DNA of 21,241 nucleotides from Solemya velum (Eukaryota): NCBI GenBank assembly GCA_048127485.1, contig JBHNWI010000006.1, positions 46,345,538 to 46,366,778 of the forward strand, read 5' to 3'. Shown piece by piece: positions 12,319 to 20,696 of this stretch (position 1 is its first letter; each line of letters starts with the position of its first letter). The notes under the pieces were generated by a model. It saw only the letters and a program-made list of their open reading frames with translations, ran no database searches and was not told where the DNA came from. The position numbers and the translations under genes were made by a program.

Positions 12319-14013
12319 CTATATTTGGCTATTGACTCGTTGCTTAAAATAAAGCACATTCTCTACATTAGAGGAATTAATAAATTTTTCATCATGTGCA
12401 ATGGCTACATCGTACAACTGTTTGCGGAGATCACTATATAATGGGCATACACATAAAACATGCACCTCATCCTCCACAATATGGTTACAGGTAAAACAGA
12501 ATCTCTCATCCTTCTGTATGCGTTCGTACCTCCCCGTTTCGATACGAATGGGGGCGACTCCACAACGAAATTTGGCTAGTGAGCTTCTCCATTTTTTGGG
12601 CATTAAACTTTTAACGTAGTATTCCGTTTCATAAACCTGTTTGAATAGCCTATATAATCTAAGTTTGTTAACTCCTGTACCCCTTAGAGCAGACTCTCTG
12701 TTCAGAGATGCCGTCCATTGTAATAAATAGTCTTCAAACGAGCGTTGCTCAAATAATCCTATCACAGATTTGGATAAGACATTTGAATTAAAATGAAACA
12801 GCATATCAAACTTCGAGAACAGCATATGCACTCTACCCGCCCAGTTAGGTTTTCTACCTTCATATGAATTTTTAGACCATTCAAAAACTTTATGATTTAG
12901 TCTGTCTTGCTGCATAATTTTCAGTCTATACCATAGCTTGATCACTTCAGTATGTTGTCGAACGACTGTTGGCGCCCAGCCCATATCTCCAGAGGTACCA
13001 GCAGATGGCGTATATCGACCGACCCCCATGAAAAAACGTAAGGCCCTATTCTGCACTGCTTCAATGCACGGGTGACTTGTCGTTCCCCATATAGCTGCAC
13101 CATAACCTATTACAGGCCACACAAGTGAATCGTAGAGTTTCGTGAAAGTTTGGTAAGGCAGATCACCAAAGGTTCGACTCTTGGCTATCACAAGCCCAAG
13201 AGCTCTACTGGCTGAACGCGCCACACATGTAGCCATGTCCGAAAAGTTCAAGTGTTCAGTTAATAATAGACCTAGGTATGTATAGTGGTCAGTCACTTCT
13301 AGAAATTCTGGACCACATTTAAATGAGCTCTCTGTCCTCGTTACGGAAGGGTTGCGGAAGTGTACAACTTTGGATTTCGATGGGTTGACAAAGAGGCAGT
13401 TTCTATTGCACCAATCGGAGAGTGAATCTAAAAGTTCATTTAGGTCCTCTGGGGTTTCAGCCAGCAACACAACATCGTCAGCGTATAGCAAGATTGCGAC
13501 TCTTTCGCCATTGATATCGATACCCTTGCCAGTTCCATTGAAGAAAACAGCCAAGTCGTTTATGAATAAGTTGAACAACAAAGGGGATAGTAAACATCCT
13601 TGCTTGAGGCCGCATGTAACATCGAACCACTCGGTGCATATCCCATTTACACGGACGCAACAGCGCGTATTAGAATATATAGCCTTTAAGGCACTGAGAA
13701 AATTTCCATCCAACCCATAAAATTGCAGTTTCTCCCACAGTAGATGTCTATCAATACGGTCATATGCCTTCTTGAAGTCTACAAAAGCACAATACGTTGA
13801 TTTTTGTTTTCTAGTTTCAATTATGGTGGTCAGACTATGCAAATGCTCTATTGTACTCCTTCCGTGTCTGAATCCATTTTGAGAATCGTTCAGAATGTCA
13901 TTATTATCACACCAGAAAGTTAAACGATTGTTCAGTATACCACAGTATAGTTTGTATATGGCCGGCACCAGTGAGATACCTCTGTATTGCAAGGGGTCTC
14001 TTTTATCTCCCAT
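12319..14013 (-). CDS. LINE ORF2 reverse-transcriptase domain (564 aa). Motifs FRHGRST, FVDFKKAYD, a QG..LSPLLF motif, YADD, and C-terminal C-x2-C-x9-H-x3-C.
   Basis: Long open frame with all canonical non-LTR RT blocks. YADDVVLL is the catalytic motif. Confidence 0.9.
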   Translation of the reverse strand: MGDKRDPLQYRGISLVPAIYKLYCGILNNRLTFWCDNNDILNDSQNGFRHGRSTIEHLHSLTTIIETRKQKSTYCAFVDFKKAYDRIDRHLLWEKLQFYGLDGNFLSALKAIYSNTRCCVRVNGICTEWFDVTCGLKQGCLLSPLLFNLFINDLAVFFNGTGKGIDINGERVAILLYADDVVLLAETPEDLNELLDSLSDWCNRNCLFVNPSKSKVVHFRNPSVTRTESSFKCGPEFLEVTDHYTYLGLLLTEHLNFSDMATCVARSASRALGLVIAKSRTFGDLPYQTFTKLYDSLVWPVIGYGAAIWGTTSHPCIEAVQNRALRFFMGVGRYTPSAGTSGDMGWAPTVVRQHTEVIKLWYRLKIMQQDRLNHKVFEWSKNSYEGRKPNWAGRVHMLFSKFDMLFHFNSNVLSKSVIGLFEQRSFEDYLLQWTASLNRESALRGTGVNKLRLYRLFKQVYETEYYVKSLMPKKWRSSLAKFRCGVAPIRIETGRYERIQKDERFCFTCNHIVEDEVHVLCVCPLYSDLRKQLYDVAIAHDEKFINSSNVENVLYFKQRVNSQI

Positions 14014-14049
14014 AGCGGACTTCGGAATAGGACAAATTATACTATTCCC

Positions 14050-14517
14050 CTATGACGACGGAACCAGACCGGATCGGAAGCATGTATTGAATAACTTTCT
14101 AAGTGTAGTTATCACCGATACGTTTTTATAAACTTCAACTGGGATTTCATCCACTCCAGGTGCTTTGCCAGATTTTGCGTTGGTGATAGCTTTCAAAACT
14201 TCTTCCAGTGAAATAGCTTCGTTAAGAGTACTAGTATCATAAGCATTATGAATGGAGCTATACTCGTAAGTAGGAGAATTTGACTTTGCACTTGTGTCAA
14301 GCAAACCACTAAATTTATCCTTCCACTCAGCTAGGACATCTTGCAAAGCACATGAAACGGTACCATCCGACTGGACCACTTCCATAGGTATATTGATCGA
14401 GCGCTCTTGGCCGACGCCTAAGTTTTTCACAAATTTCCAGAAATTCCTTTGATCCCTATTACAAAGTTGTTCGATGTCCTGTTGGCATTTTCTGTGATAC
14501 TGTGTTAGGAGAATCAA
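14050..14517 (-). CDS. Upstream part of the same LINE ORF2 (linker plus RT domain 0: KAPGVDEIPVEVYKN). It is separated from the main RT frame by a frameshift or stop between 14013 and 14050.
   Basis: The KAPGxDxIP motif is typical of RT domain 0. It is in a different frame from 12319-14013, so the copy is probably non-functional. Confidence 0.75.
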   Translation of the reverse strand: MILLTQYHRKCQQDIEQLCNRDQRNFWKFVKNLGVGQERSINIPMEVVQSDGTVSCALQDVLAEWKDKFSGLLDTSAKSNSPTYEYSSIHNAYDTSTLNEAISLEEVLKAITNAKSGKAPGVDEIPVEVYKNVSVITTLRKLFNTCFRSGLVPSS

Positions 14518-14620
14518 TCAGATATTTCGGTGTGATACAATAGCACCGGTGTGACGCCGTCATAACACTCCCATAACAATGGCGAGACGTGTGATGGACA
14601 TCGACATTTTAAATTGTTTA

Positions 14621-14700
14621 TTATGCCGTATTTATTGTATGTAGTTCGTACAAAAATATTATTGTAATTTGTTGATCCAAGCGGCGACCAGCGCCGGTGA
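14621..14700. repeat. Left copy of an about 70-bp direct repeat (CCGTATTTATTGTATGTAGTTCGTACAAA...TTGTTGATCCAAGCGGCGACCAGCGCCG). The right copy is at 15003-15072. The pair flanks the SINE at 14735-15006.
   Basis: Seen in sequence. Both copies end ...AGCGGCGACCAGCGCCG. Confidence 0.85.
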
Positions 14701-14734
14701 CTCGGAAGTTGCGGATACGCGGTCGGGACATGTT

Positions 14735-15006
14735 GTTGTTCATTGGATAGAGAACCTTAGGCCGTAGACCCATATGTTCTTGAGTGAAGAATATAGAGAA
14801 AGACGGATACTCGCCAACCCGGGTGAAGCACCCTGCTCTTTATTCAGAGCACTAGATACACTAGACCTCGGTTTAAATTGCCTTCCGAACGACTGTAGGT
14901 CACCGCGAGGTCGAAGACCTCTGAAAAATCCCAACTGATCAAACGGGAATCGAACTCACGATCCCTGCATCACAAATTGGGTGCGCTACCACTGCGCTAT
15001 CGGGGC
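14735..15006 (-). mobile_element. tRNA-derived SINE, copy 2 of family X, with the more complete head GGCCCCGATAGCGCAGTGGTAGCGCACCC...GTGAGTTCGATTCCCG and a (GTT)n tail.
   Basis: Homologous to 2645-2950. A-box TAGCGCAGTGGTAGCGC and B-box GAGTTCGATTCCC on the minus strand. Confidence 0.65.
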
Positions 15007-15061
15007 CGTATTTATTGTATGTAGTTCGTACAAATATATTGTATCTTGTTGATCCAAGCGG

Positions 15062-15125
15062 CGACCAGCGCCGTGGCCTAGTGGTGAGGACGTCCGCTCG
15101 GTGACTGAGAGGTCGTGGGTTCGTA
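15062..15125 (+). other. Degenerate tRNA-like sequence, probably a SINE head (GCGCCGTGGCCTAGTGGTGAGGACG...GGTCGTGGGTTCGTATGC).
   Basis: D-arm-like TAGTGGTGAGGA and T-arm-like GTGGGTTCG. No intact acceptor or anticodon structure seen. Confidence 0.35.
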
Positions 15126-15290
15126 TGCATTATGGCTTAATCGTTTGAAATTAAACCCGGGAAAATTCCCGTAAACTTAGAGTTGTATCAAATTGTTGAT
15201 TATGCAGTCGTATGAATTTTGGGTTAATCGTTTAAGACTAAACCCGGGGGAAATTCACGTAAATTTAGAGTTGTATCAAATTGTTTGAAC
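15118..15290. repeat. About 80-bp tandem duplication (2 copies): TATG(C/A)ATT(A/T)TGG(C/G)TTAATCGTTTRARAYTAAACCCGGG(G)AAATTC(C/A)CGTAAA(C/T)TTAGAGTTGTATCAAATTGTT.
   Basis: Seen in sequence directly after the tRNA-like head. Confidence 0.85.
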
Positions 15291-15774
15291 TTGAGAATTT
15301 GAAAGATAATTCACCCGATTTTGTGTAAGTCGGTATATATTGTACCGTGGTTGAGAATGTATAATAAATATTGTTGATTTGTTTCAAAATCCTGACTTGC
15401 TCAAATTGTTTGATACCGATTAGTCGGTTATTTAACTTTGTCTTGAGGACACGTATTCGCCTGTGCTTAGTGAAGTGGGATTATTTGTTGACATTACGTC
15501 AACACTCAGTGGGATTATCATGCGTAAAATCTTTCACCAACATAAGGGTGCTTGGTCAGTGGTGTGCAGCTATTATCGGGTGAATATCAAAAATATTTAA
15601 TTTCCCTCTTATGTTTTCACAACATGTGGGGGCTCGAGCCGATTAGAACCGTATATTTGTCAATCCGTTAATCAAATTTGTTAGAACTCCGTGTCCTCGT
15701 AACAGCGTGCTCACATGTTGGTTGAACAAGTATAATATGACTGGGGATGTGTGGCTCAGACACTACAAACATAA

Positions 15775-15900
15775 TGTAATAAGCCAATCAGCAAACCACT
15801 CAACCAACAAAAACCCATCCAACCAACTAGCCTACCAACCAAACAATCAACAAACCAACAAAACCCTTCGACCTATCAACTAATACCAATCAACCACACA
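15775..15900. repeat. A/C-rich low-complexity tract (CCAACCAA-like). A complementary (GGTT)n run at 16080-16106 lies about 180 bp downstream.
   Basis: Seen in sequence. The two tracts could pair as a long imperfect hairpin. Confidence 0.7.
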
Positions 15901-16852
15901 ATGTATAATTCATCTCGGCTAGTTTACTTGTTACTTTTGCTAAACACCTATTACAAAACACGATCGCGTTTACCGCTAAATTTGGTAATCACATTCCCGG
16001 TCCCCGGGCGGAAAACTACGATGGGACTTTTTGGACATGCTTGTGTTACCCCATAAGCTATTTTCAGTCGTGATCGTGTAGTGGTTGGTTGGTTGGTTGT
16101 TTTGTGTTTATGCAACGTTTTTTCTGTCAGTCCAGAATCAAATAAAAAAACACTAGTAAGCGTTTCATGCAGTAATCAAAAATACATATAACAGACGGAG
16201 TTCGTTACCACAGCATTGTTCGCTCACACGGGTGATGCATAATACTGAAGCAGAACTGATTCTGGCTTGGAACAGTACAGAATATATTCTAAAATTATTA
16301 TGCAATTAACTATCAAACTACAATGCCCATTGTTTCACAAACTGCGCAACCAGCACGTGCTGTATGCGTCAGTACAACCCTAATGCTACATGAGTACAAC
16401 TGTCAATCTGATTAAATAAACTGTTACGTAAACAGTGGACAGTACCGTTCATCACAGTTCGAGAGCTTGGAAACCTCATCCATGAATCGTATACCTAAAC
16501 AGATAGTGTTTCACAATTTTTCTCCTGTAGACCTATGCATTTAGAACACGGGACATGTAATATTATATTATAGTTTATATCGATTATTTATAATGAAATG
16601 TTATTGAAAAGTAATTGCTGGAACAGCTTGTAAATGATGTGTTTATTATTTCTTTCATTGAACAGAAATTAAATCTATACACTATATTTGTTCTTTTTTG
16701 TTTGCAGGCCTAGTAGTAGAACCGCCAACTTATTACTTAAGCTTAAAGATATTTACTGATCTTTTTAGTTTTGTTAACAAACCTATTTTAATATATATAG
16801 CTATTTTGCTCCAGCGTTATTGGAATGAAAAATCGTTGCCATTTTTATTCAG

Positions 16853-16984
16853 GAAGTGGACAGATCACTGAATCGCTTGGTAGAAATTGAAGAAAAATAC
16901 AAAGCTTTGTGTGAAGAAAGCGCCACGGTAACTCAGCTGTTTGGTGATATCATCGAAAACGAATCGGGTTGGAAATTCTTGAAG
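16853..16984 (+). CDS. Candidate internal exon of 44 codons in phase 0-0 (EVDRSLNRLVEIEEKYKALCEESATVTQLFGDIIENESGWKFLK). Acceptor ...TTTTTATTCAG| and donor |GTGAGC.
   Basis: Open frame bounded exactly by a polypyrimidine-AG and a GTGAGC donor. The product looks like a coiled coil. No homology assigned. Confidence 0.3.
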
Positions 16985-17469
16985 GTGAGCATTTTTTGTT
17001 CTTGTAGCATATATCTAGAATGTTACGTTAGAGAAAACCAATGTGCAAATGCCAAAATCAAGACGACCGCCGTTGCACTCGAACAACTTCATTCAGCTTC
17101 AATACTAATAATGGGGCTTAAAATGAGCCAGTCAAATTTAATTGGAGATTAAAATATTTCTACACTTCGTTGTGGAGATCAAAGTATTTGAACTGATTCT
17201 ACACTTCGTTGATCGTGTGGAGAAACATTCTTATTGACCCTCTACTGATAATCATGCTGACTCGAAATTGACTCTTCAATTTCAATAGATGTTCATAGTG
17301 TCAGACGTATTGGTGATTCGTACAAACACAGTATGTAAATAATATATATTTATCAACATTAAGAGTTCAATCTTTCAAAAGGAGTAGTTTAATTTCTGGA
17401 GTTTAGTGTCTCAGTTTGTCAAACTATTTTATAGAAAATATAGATAGGTAAAGTGCATTGTTTGGAACA

Positions 17470-17800
17470 TCGAAATATAAGAGTAGTAGGGGCAGCGGTG
17501 CGCGCATGCGTGCCCCCATAGAGTCAGTTAGCATAGCCCCTATGGGGATGATGTCATGTTTATTTATAGACTATGACGTAGGCCTTGGGTCTTGGGTCTT
17601 GGTCCTTTAGGGTGGCAATGATATCATAGTTTATTTTTAGAAGTCACTAGTGATTGATTGAAAGAGAGGTGATTGTGTACTGTAAAAACACATCGATTGG
17701 CTAAGGGGGTAGGGGATACTTGCTTTGGATTGGTGGTTGTTTTTAGAACTCATTAAATATTTCAATCCACTTTTCCTCTATAAAAAAGAGGCGAGATTTC
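17470..17800 (+). promoter_or_regulatory. Pol II-type promoter region. It has an NRF1-like palindrome GCGCGCATGCG (about 17500) and CRE-like TGATGTCA/TGACGTA sites (17548-17580). It also has two CCAAT boxes on the minus strand (about 17695 and 17727) and a TATAAAAAAG box at 17779-17788.
   Basis: Motifs read directly. This is the GC-richest part of the window. It lies 320 bp upstream of the TBP-like ATG. Confidence 0.45.
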
Positions 17801-18111
17801 CTACCAAAATCATTATTGTCATTATTTCATTGATTATCGAAGTGTGTGGACGTCTTGTTGGAAACTCTGTCTTTGGATACCGTGGAATACAGTTGCCAGG
17901 AGCTCCGAAGACAAAAGACTATAACAAGTACAATATGCGTTGTACAAACCATTCTTTCACGAATACCCCAACTGTGCAGACGTCGCCATGTTTCTGACGT
18001 TTTTTGTGTTGTGTTACTGGTACCTCCAAGACCGTCTCAGATTCTATCGTATCAGGAGAGAAGCCATAGAAGCTGCAGAAGACTTTGTCCGCGTGTGTGA
18101 AAGACATTTCG

Positions 18112-18636
18112 ATGACGATTCGGATAACTAACGTGGTATATACTGGCGATTTGGGATGCGAGATCGATCTTCGAACATTGACTATGACATCGACGCATAT
18201 CATATACGATCCCCGTCGTTTTACGGGAGCCGTGTGGAAAAATCCCGTCATCGGTGGATGCTGTCTCGTGTTTCCTAACGGCAAACTATCCGTGGTGGGA
18301 AAAGCCGATAATCTGGGGGCCGGCAGAACAAGAGTTCGCCGTTATGCACGATCGATTCAGAGAAAGGGATTCAAAGTTCGACTAGTACGGCTAAAGTTAG
18401 CCACGGCGTCGGCTTTCTTCGAGGTGTATGGGTACCTTTCGTTGGACTTATTAGTGAGAGATCTAGGAGCTAGGTACGAACCGGAACTGTTTCCGGCCGC
18501 CATGTTGAAGAGAGATGGTTTGAACTTTACTTGTTTCTATAACGGTAAAATACTCGTGACGGGTATCAAAAGACAGAAGGACTTTGACACTGTTGTCTTT
18601 CCCGTCTACGTCGAGCTCAAATTATTATCACGGTGA
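18112..18636 (+). CDS. TBP-family protein of 174 aa. It has only the TBP core (two repeats) and no long N-terminal tail, so it resembles the TBP-like factor (TLF/TRF2, TBPL1) type.
   Basis: Alignment by eye to the TBP core: ITNVV..LGC.IDL, Y.P.RF, GK...G, RRYARSIQRKGFKV (compare RLARSLQKLGFQV in TBPL1), YEPELFPAA (compare YEPELFPGL in TBP), NGKILVTGIK. Continuous frame. An AATAAA sits at about 18702, roughly 65 nt after the stop. Confidence 0.7.
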   Translation: MTIRITNVVYTGDLGCEIDLRTLTMTSTHIIYDPRRFTGAVWKNPVIGGCCLVFPNGKLSVVGKADNLGAGRTRVRRYARSIQRKGFKVRLVRLKLATASAFFEVYGYLSLDLLVRDLGARYEPELFPAAMLKRDGLNFTCFYNGKILVTGIKRQKDFDTVVFPVYVELKLLSR

Positions 18637-19110
18637 TCGTGTAAAATACGTCTTGGACCACCCTAATCTCACGTTGGATTCTTGGATGCTTTGTATCGGG
18701 GTAATAAAGTACGACTTGAAAGAAGACATACAGAGTATTAGCAAATGTTATAAGAGGATAAGAGGGATTAGGGATGAGACGGTGATTTGGAGCCATGGAA
18801 TACGTTCGATTCCTCTTTTCGCCTCTGAGGGATACCAAAACCAAACAAGGTCTGATCCTAAACATGTCCCCCAAAGGGTTGGCCGTCTTGGCAGTAATGG
18901 CACGACTCATCCGTCGAAATAAGATACCCATCATGCAAAAAGACTATTCCTATTTCGAAAAGAACGACCAAATTTTAAAAGTTCTGGCTTCGAGTCGCGT
19001 GACTTTTAAACGTAAGAGATCGACATTGATTACTCACAGGGCGTTACTGGATCGAATGTTACGTCCTTTCTATCTTCACTTCTATCTCTCTAAGGGATTA
19101 GAGAATACAA

Positions 19111-19316
19111 CACCGACGTGACACCGGTGCAAAAGCACCGGCGTGACACCGGCGTGACACCAAAACACCGGCGTGACACCGGTGCAACAGCACCGGCGTG
19201 ACACCAGAGCACCGGCGTGACACCGGTGCAACAGCACCGGCGTGACACCAAAGCACCGGCGTGACACCGGTGCAATAGCACCGGTGTGACACCGAAACAC
19301 CGGTGTCGCAGTACAG
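19111..19316. repeat. Minisatellite array. 25-nt units (CACCGGCGTGACACCGGTGCAA[ACT]AG) alternate with 19-nt units (CACCGGCGTGACACC[AGAG/AAAG/AAAA]). The composite period is about 44 bp, with about 4.5 copies. Each unit holds the perfect palindrome CACCGGTG.
   Basis: Seen in sequence. It generates spurious Cys/His-rich ORFs on both strands. Confidence 0.9.
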
Positions 19317-19489
19317 TACCGACGAGAGTCTGATTATTTCTTTCCAAAGTTTATAAGAAGACCTGTCACTACATCATCGAGATACTATGATATAGACGTA
19401 GAACATGGTCATCAATTGTGATTTCTGTAACGAATCGTTCACGAGAACGACTAGTCTGAAGCGGTCTATGTCGGTAGAAAACATACCAA

Positions 19490-20298
19490 ATGAGAGAAGT
19501 TCGGAGAGATGTTTGTCAATACCCATCAAACGAGGGGTTGCAAAGCTTTGTCTTCAAACACCCCTTCACCATGATTCTGACCGGGCCGACCGGAGTTGGA
19601 AAGACGCAGTGGGCTTTGAAACTGATTACGCATGCGCAGCAAATGATCTCTCGCGTACCGAAACGGATCCTGTACTTGTACAGTCAATGGCAACCGTTAT
19701 ACACCGAAATGCAGAAAGTCGTGGGGGGAATCGAATTCGTGCGCCACCTTCCGTCAGATCTAGATTCGGATTCTTTTTCGACCCCAGTGTGCCTCTCTGG
19801 TGTTTATTGACGACCTCATGAGTGATGCCACCAGAAGCGAAAGCGTCTGTAACTTGTTTACGAGAGGAAGTCATCATCGCAACATCAGTGTAGTCTGTTG
19901 ATGCAGAACCTCTTTTACCACGGTAAAGAAAACAGGACCATGAGCTTGAATTCCCACTATCTAGTCTCTTCAAGAACCCACGTGATCAACAACAGATCGG
20001 CTTTCTGGCCAGACAGATGTATCCCGGGAAACCCAAGTTCCTCTTGGACAAATACGTGACTCGCACCGAACGACCTTTCGGTTACCTCCTAGTCGATCTT
20101 AAACCAGACACGCCCGAAACACGGAGACTCCTGTCTAACGTATTTCCGGAAGAAAAAGAAGAGAAAGCTTCGAGAGAGCTCACGTGGAAACCTCCCATCG
20201 AGAACACTGCAAGTGGAGATTATGTCATTCGAGATCACTGCGATACGGAACCTCGCGTAGATCGGTTATGGATAGAGTCCGCGAGAATGAACCCGTGA
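19490..20298 (+). pseudogene. A32 / FtsK-HerA-superfamily DNA-packaging ATPase (Polinton, adenovirus or NCLDV type), disrupted by at least 3 frameshifts. Walker A ILTGPTGVGKT is in frame 2. Walker B VFIDDLM plus GSHHRNISVV is in frame 0. LLMQNLF is in frame 2. KNPRD...GYLLVDLKPDTPE is in frame 1.
   Basis: The motif order Walker A -> hhhhDD -> G(R/H)HxNISV -> Q -> KNPRD -> GYLLVDL is the hallmark of A32-like packaging ATPases. The frame changes fall near 19785, 19896 and 19960. Confidence 0.6.
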
Positions 20299-20393
20299 CC
20301 TTTCGACCCCCTCACTGGAACCTTACCGAAGGGTATAAGAGGCAGCTCGACAATCAAGTCTTACCAGAAATGTCTCGACAAACCCGGATGTAA

Positions 20394-20696
20394 CGCCATG
20401 CCTTACGGATACCACGCGAAGATCCTCGAGGGTACACGTGTGCCGATTGTGGTGTAGTGGTCGCCACCGTACCGGACCTACAGAGACACCTCAAGGAATG
20501 GTGTCCCGAAGACTATAGGAAACCGAGTTGGACATCACTCTATAACAGCAGTAGTGACGAGGACGAAGACGAACCATCGTCCAAAAGGAAAAGGTCGTGC
20601 GAATTGCCATCAGAAGACCACTATTTCAAGCTCGTAGCTACAAAAGCTAAGGAAAATAATCACGATGAACGGGAAGAGAAGATGGAAAAAATATAA
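20394..20696 (+). CDS. Small ORF with a C2HC-type zinc knuckle (CADCGVVVATVPDLQRHLKEWC), a Ser/Asp/Glu acidic tract and an NLS KRKR. No ATG at its 5' end, so it may be a fragment or fused upstream.
   Basis: Frame 0 is open from the stop at 20391-93 to 20696. The spacing is C-x2-C-x12-H-x5-C. Confidence 0.3.
   Translation, partial: RHALRIPREDPRGYTCADCGVVVATVPDLQRHLKEWCPEDYRKPSWTSLYNSSSDEDEDEPSSKRKRSCELPSEDHYFKLVATKAKENNHDEREEKMEKI

Larger units (their letters stand above)
11700..14570 (-). mobile_element. 5'-truncated non-LTR (LINE) retrotransposon. It has the RT and C-terminal CCHC parts of ORF2, no endonuclease domain, and a 3' UTR containing the 153-bp tandem repeat.
   Basis: The ORF2 frames are listed separately. 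Element ends are approximate. The 5' end abuts a minisatellite unit at about 14525. A (GATA)3 run at about 11700 may mark the 3' terminus. Confidence 0.7.

Noticed and set aside
12401-14131. Plus-strand ORFs 12401-12619, 13352-13720 and 13895-14131, and minus-strand ORF 13478-13660
   Set aside because: They lie antisense to the LINE RT frame or in an alternative frame, with no motifs. The true coding frame is the minus-strand RT.
2895-15125. Possible tRNA genes at GGTTCGA(T/G)TCC-like B-boxes (2895-2915, 6965-6980, 9095-9110, 9765-9780, 14942-14964, 15100-15125)
   Set aside because: None folds into a complete cloverleaf with an acceptor stem and anticodon arm. All are embedded in longer repeated SINE bodies, so they are scored as SINE heads.
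17919-18284. 121-aa minus-strand ORF
   Set aside because: It is antisense to the well-supported TBP-like coding frame.
18584-19121. ORFs 18584-18922 and 18795-19121 downstream of the TBP-like stop
   Set aside because: No recognisable domains. They lie in the probable 3' UTR region around an AATAAA at about 18702. Noted as possibly coding in a viral context but not supported.
9178-19316. CRISPR-like interpretation of the tandem repeats
   Set aside because: This is a eukaryotic context. The repeats are contiguous with no unique spacers, so they are minisatellites or duplications.
19082-19347. Three overlapping minus-strand ORFs (64-85 aa) rich in Cys/His (CHAGVTPVLLHRCH...) that look like zinc-finger repeats
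   Set aside because: They are translations of the CACCGGCGTGACACC minisatellite. The periodic C/H residues come from the repeat, not from selection.
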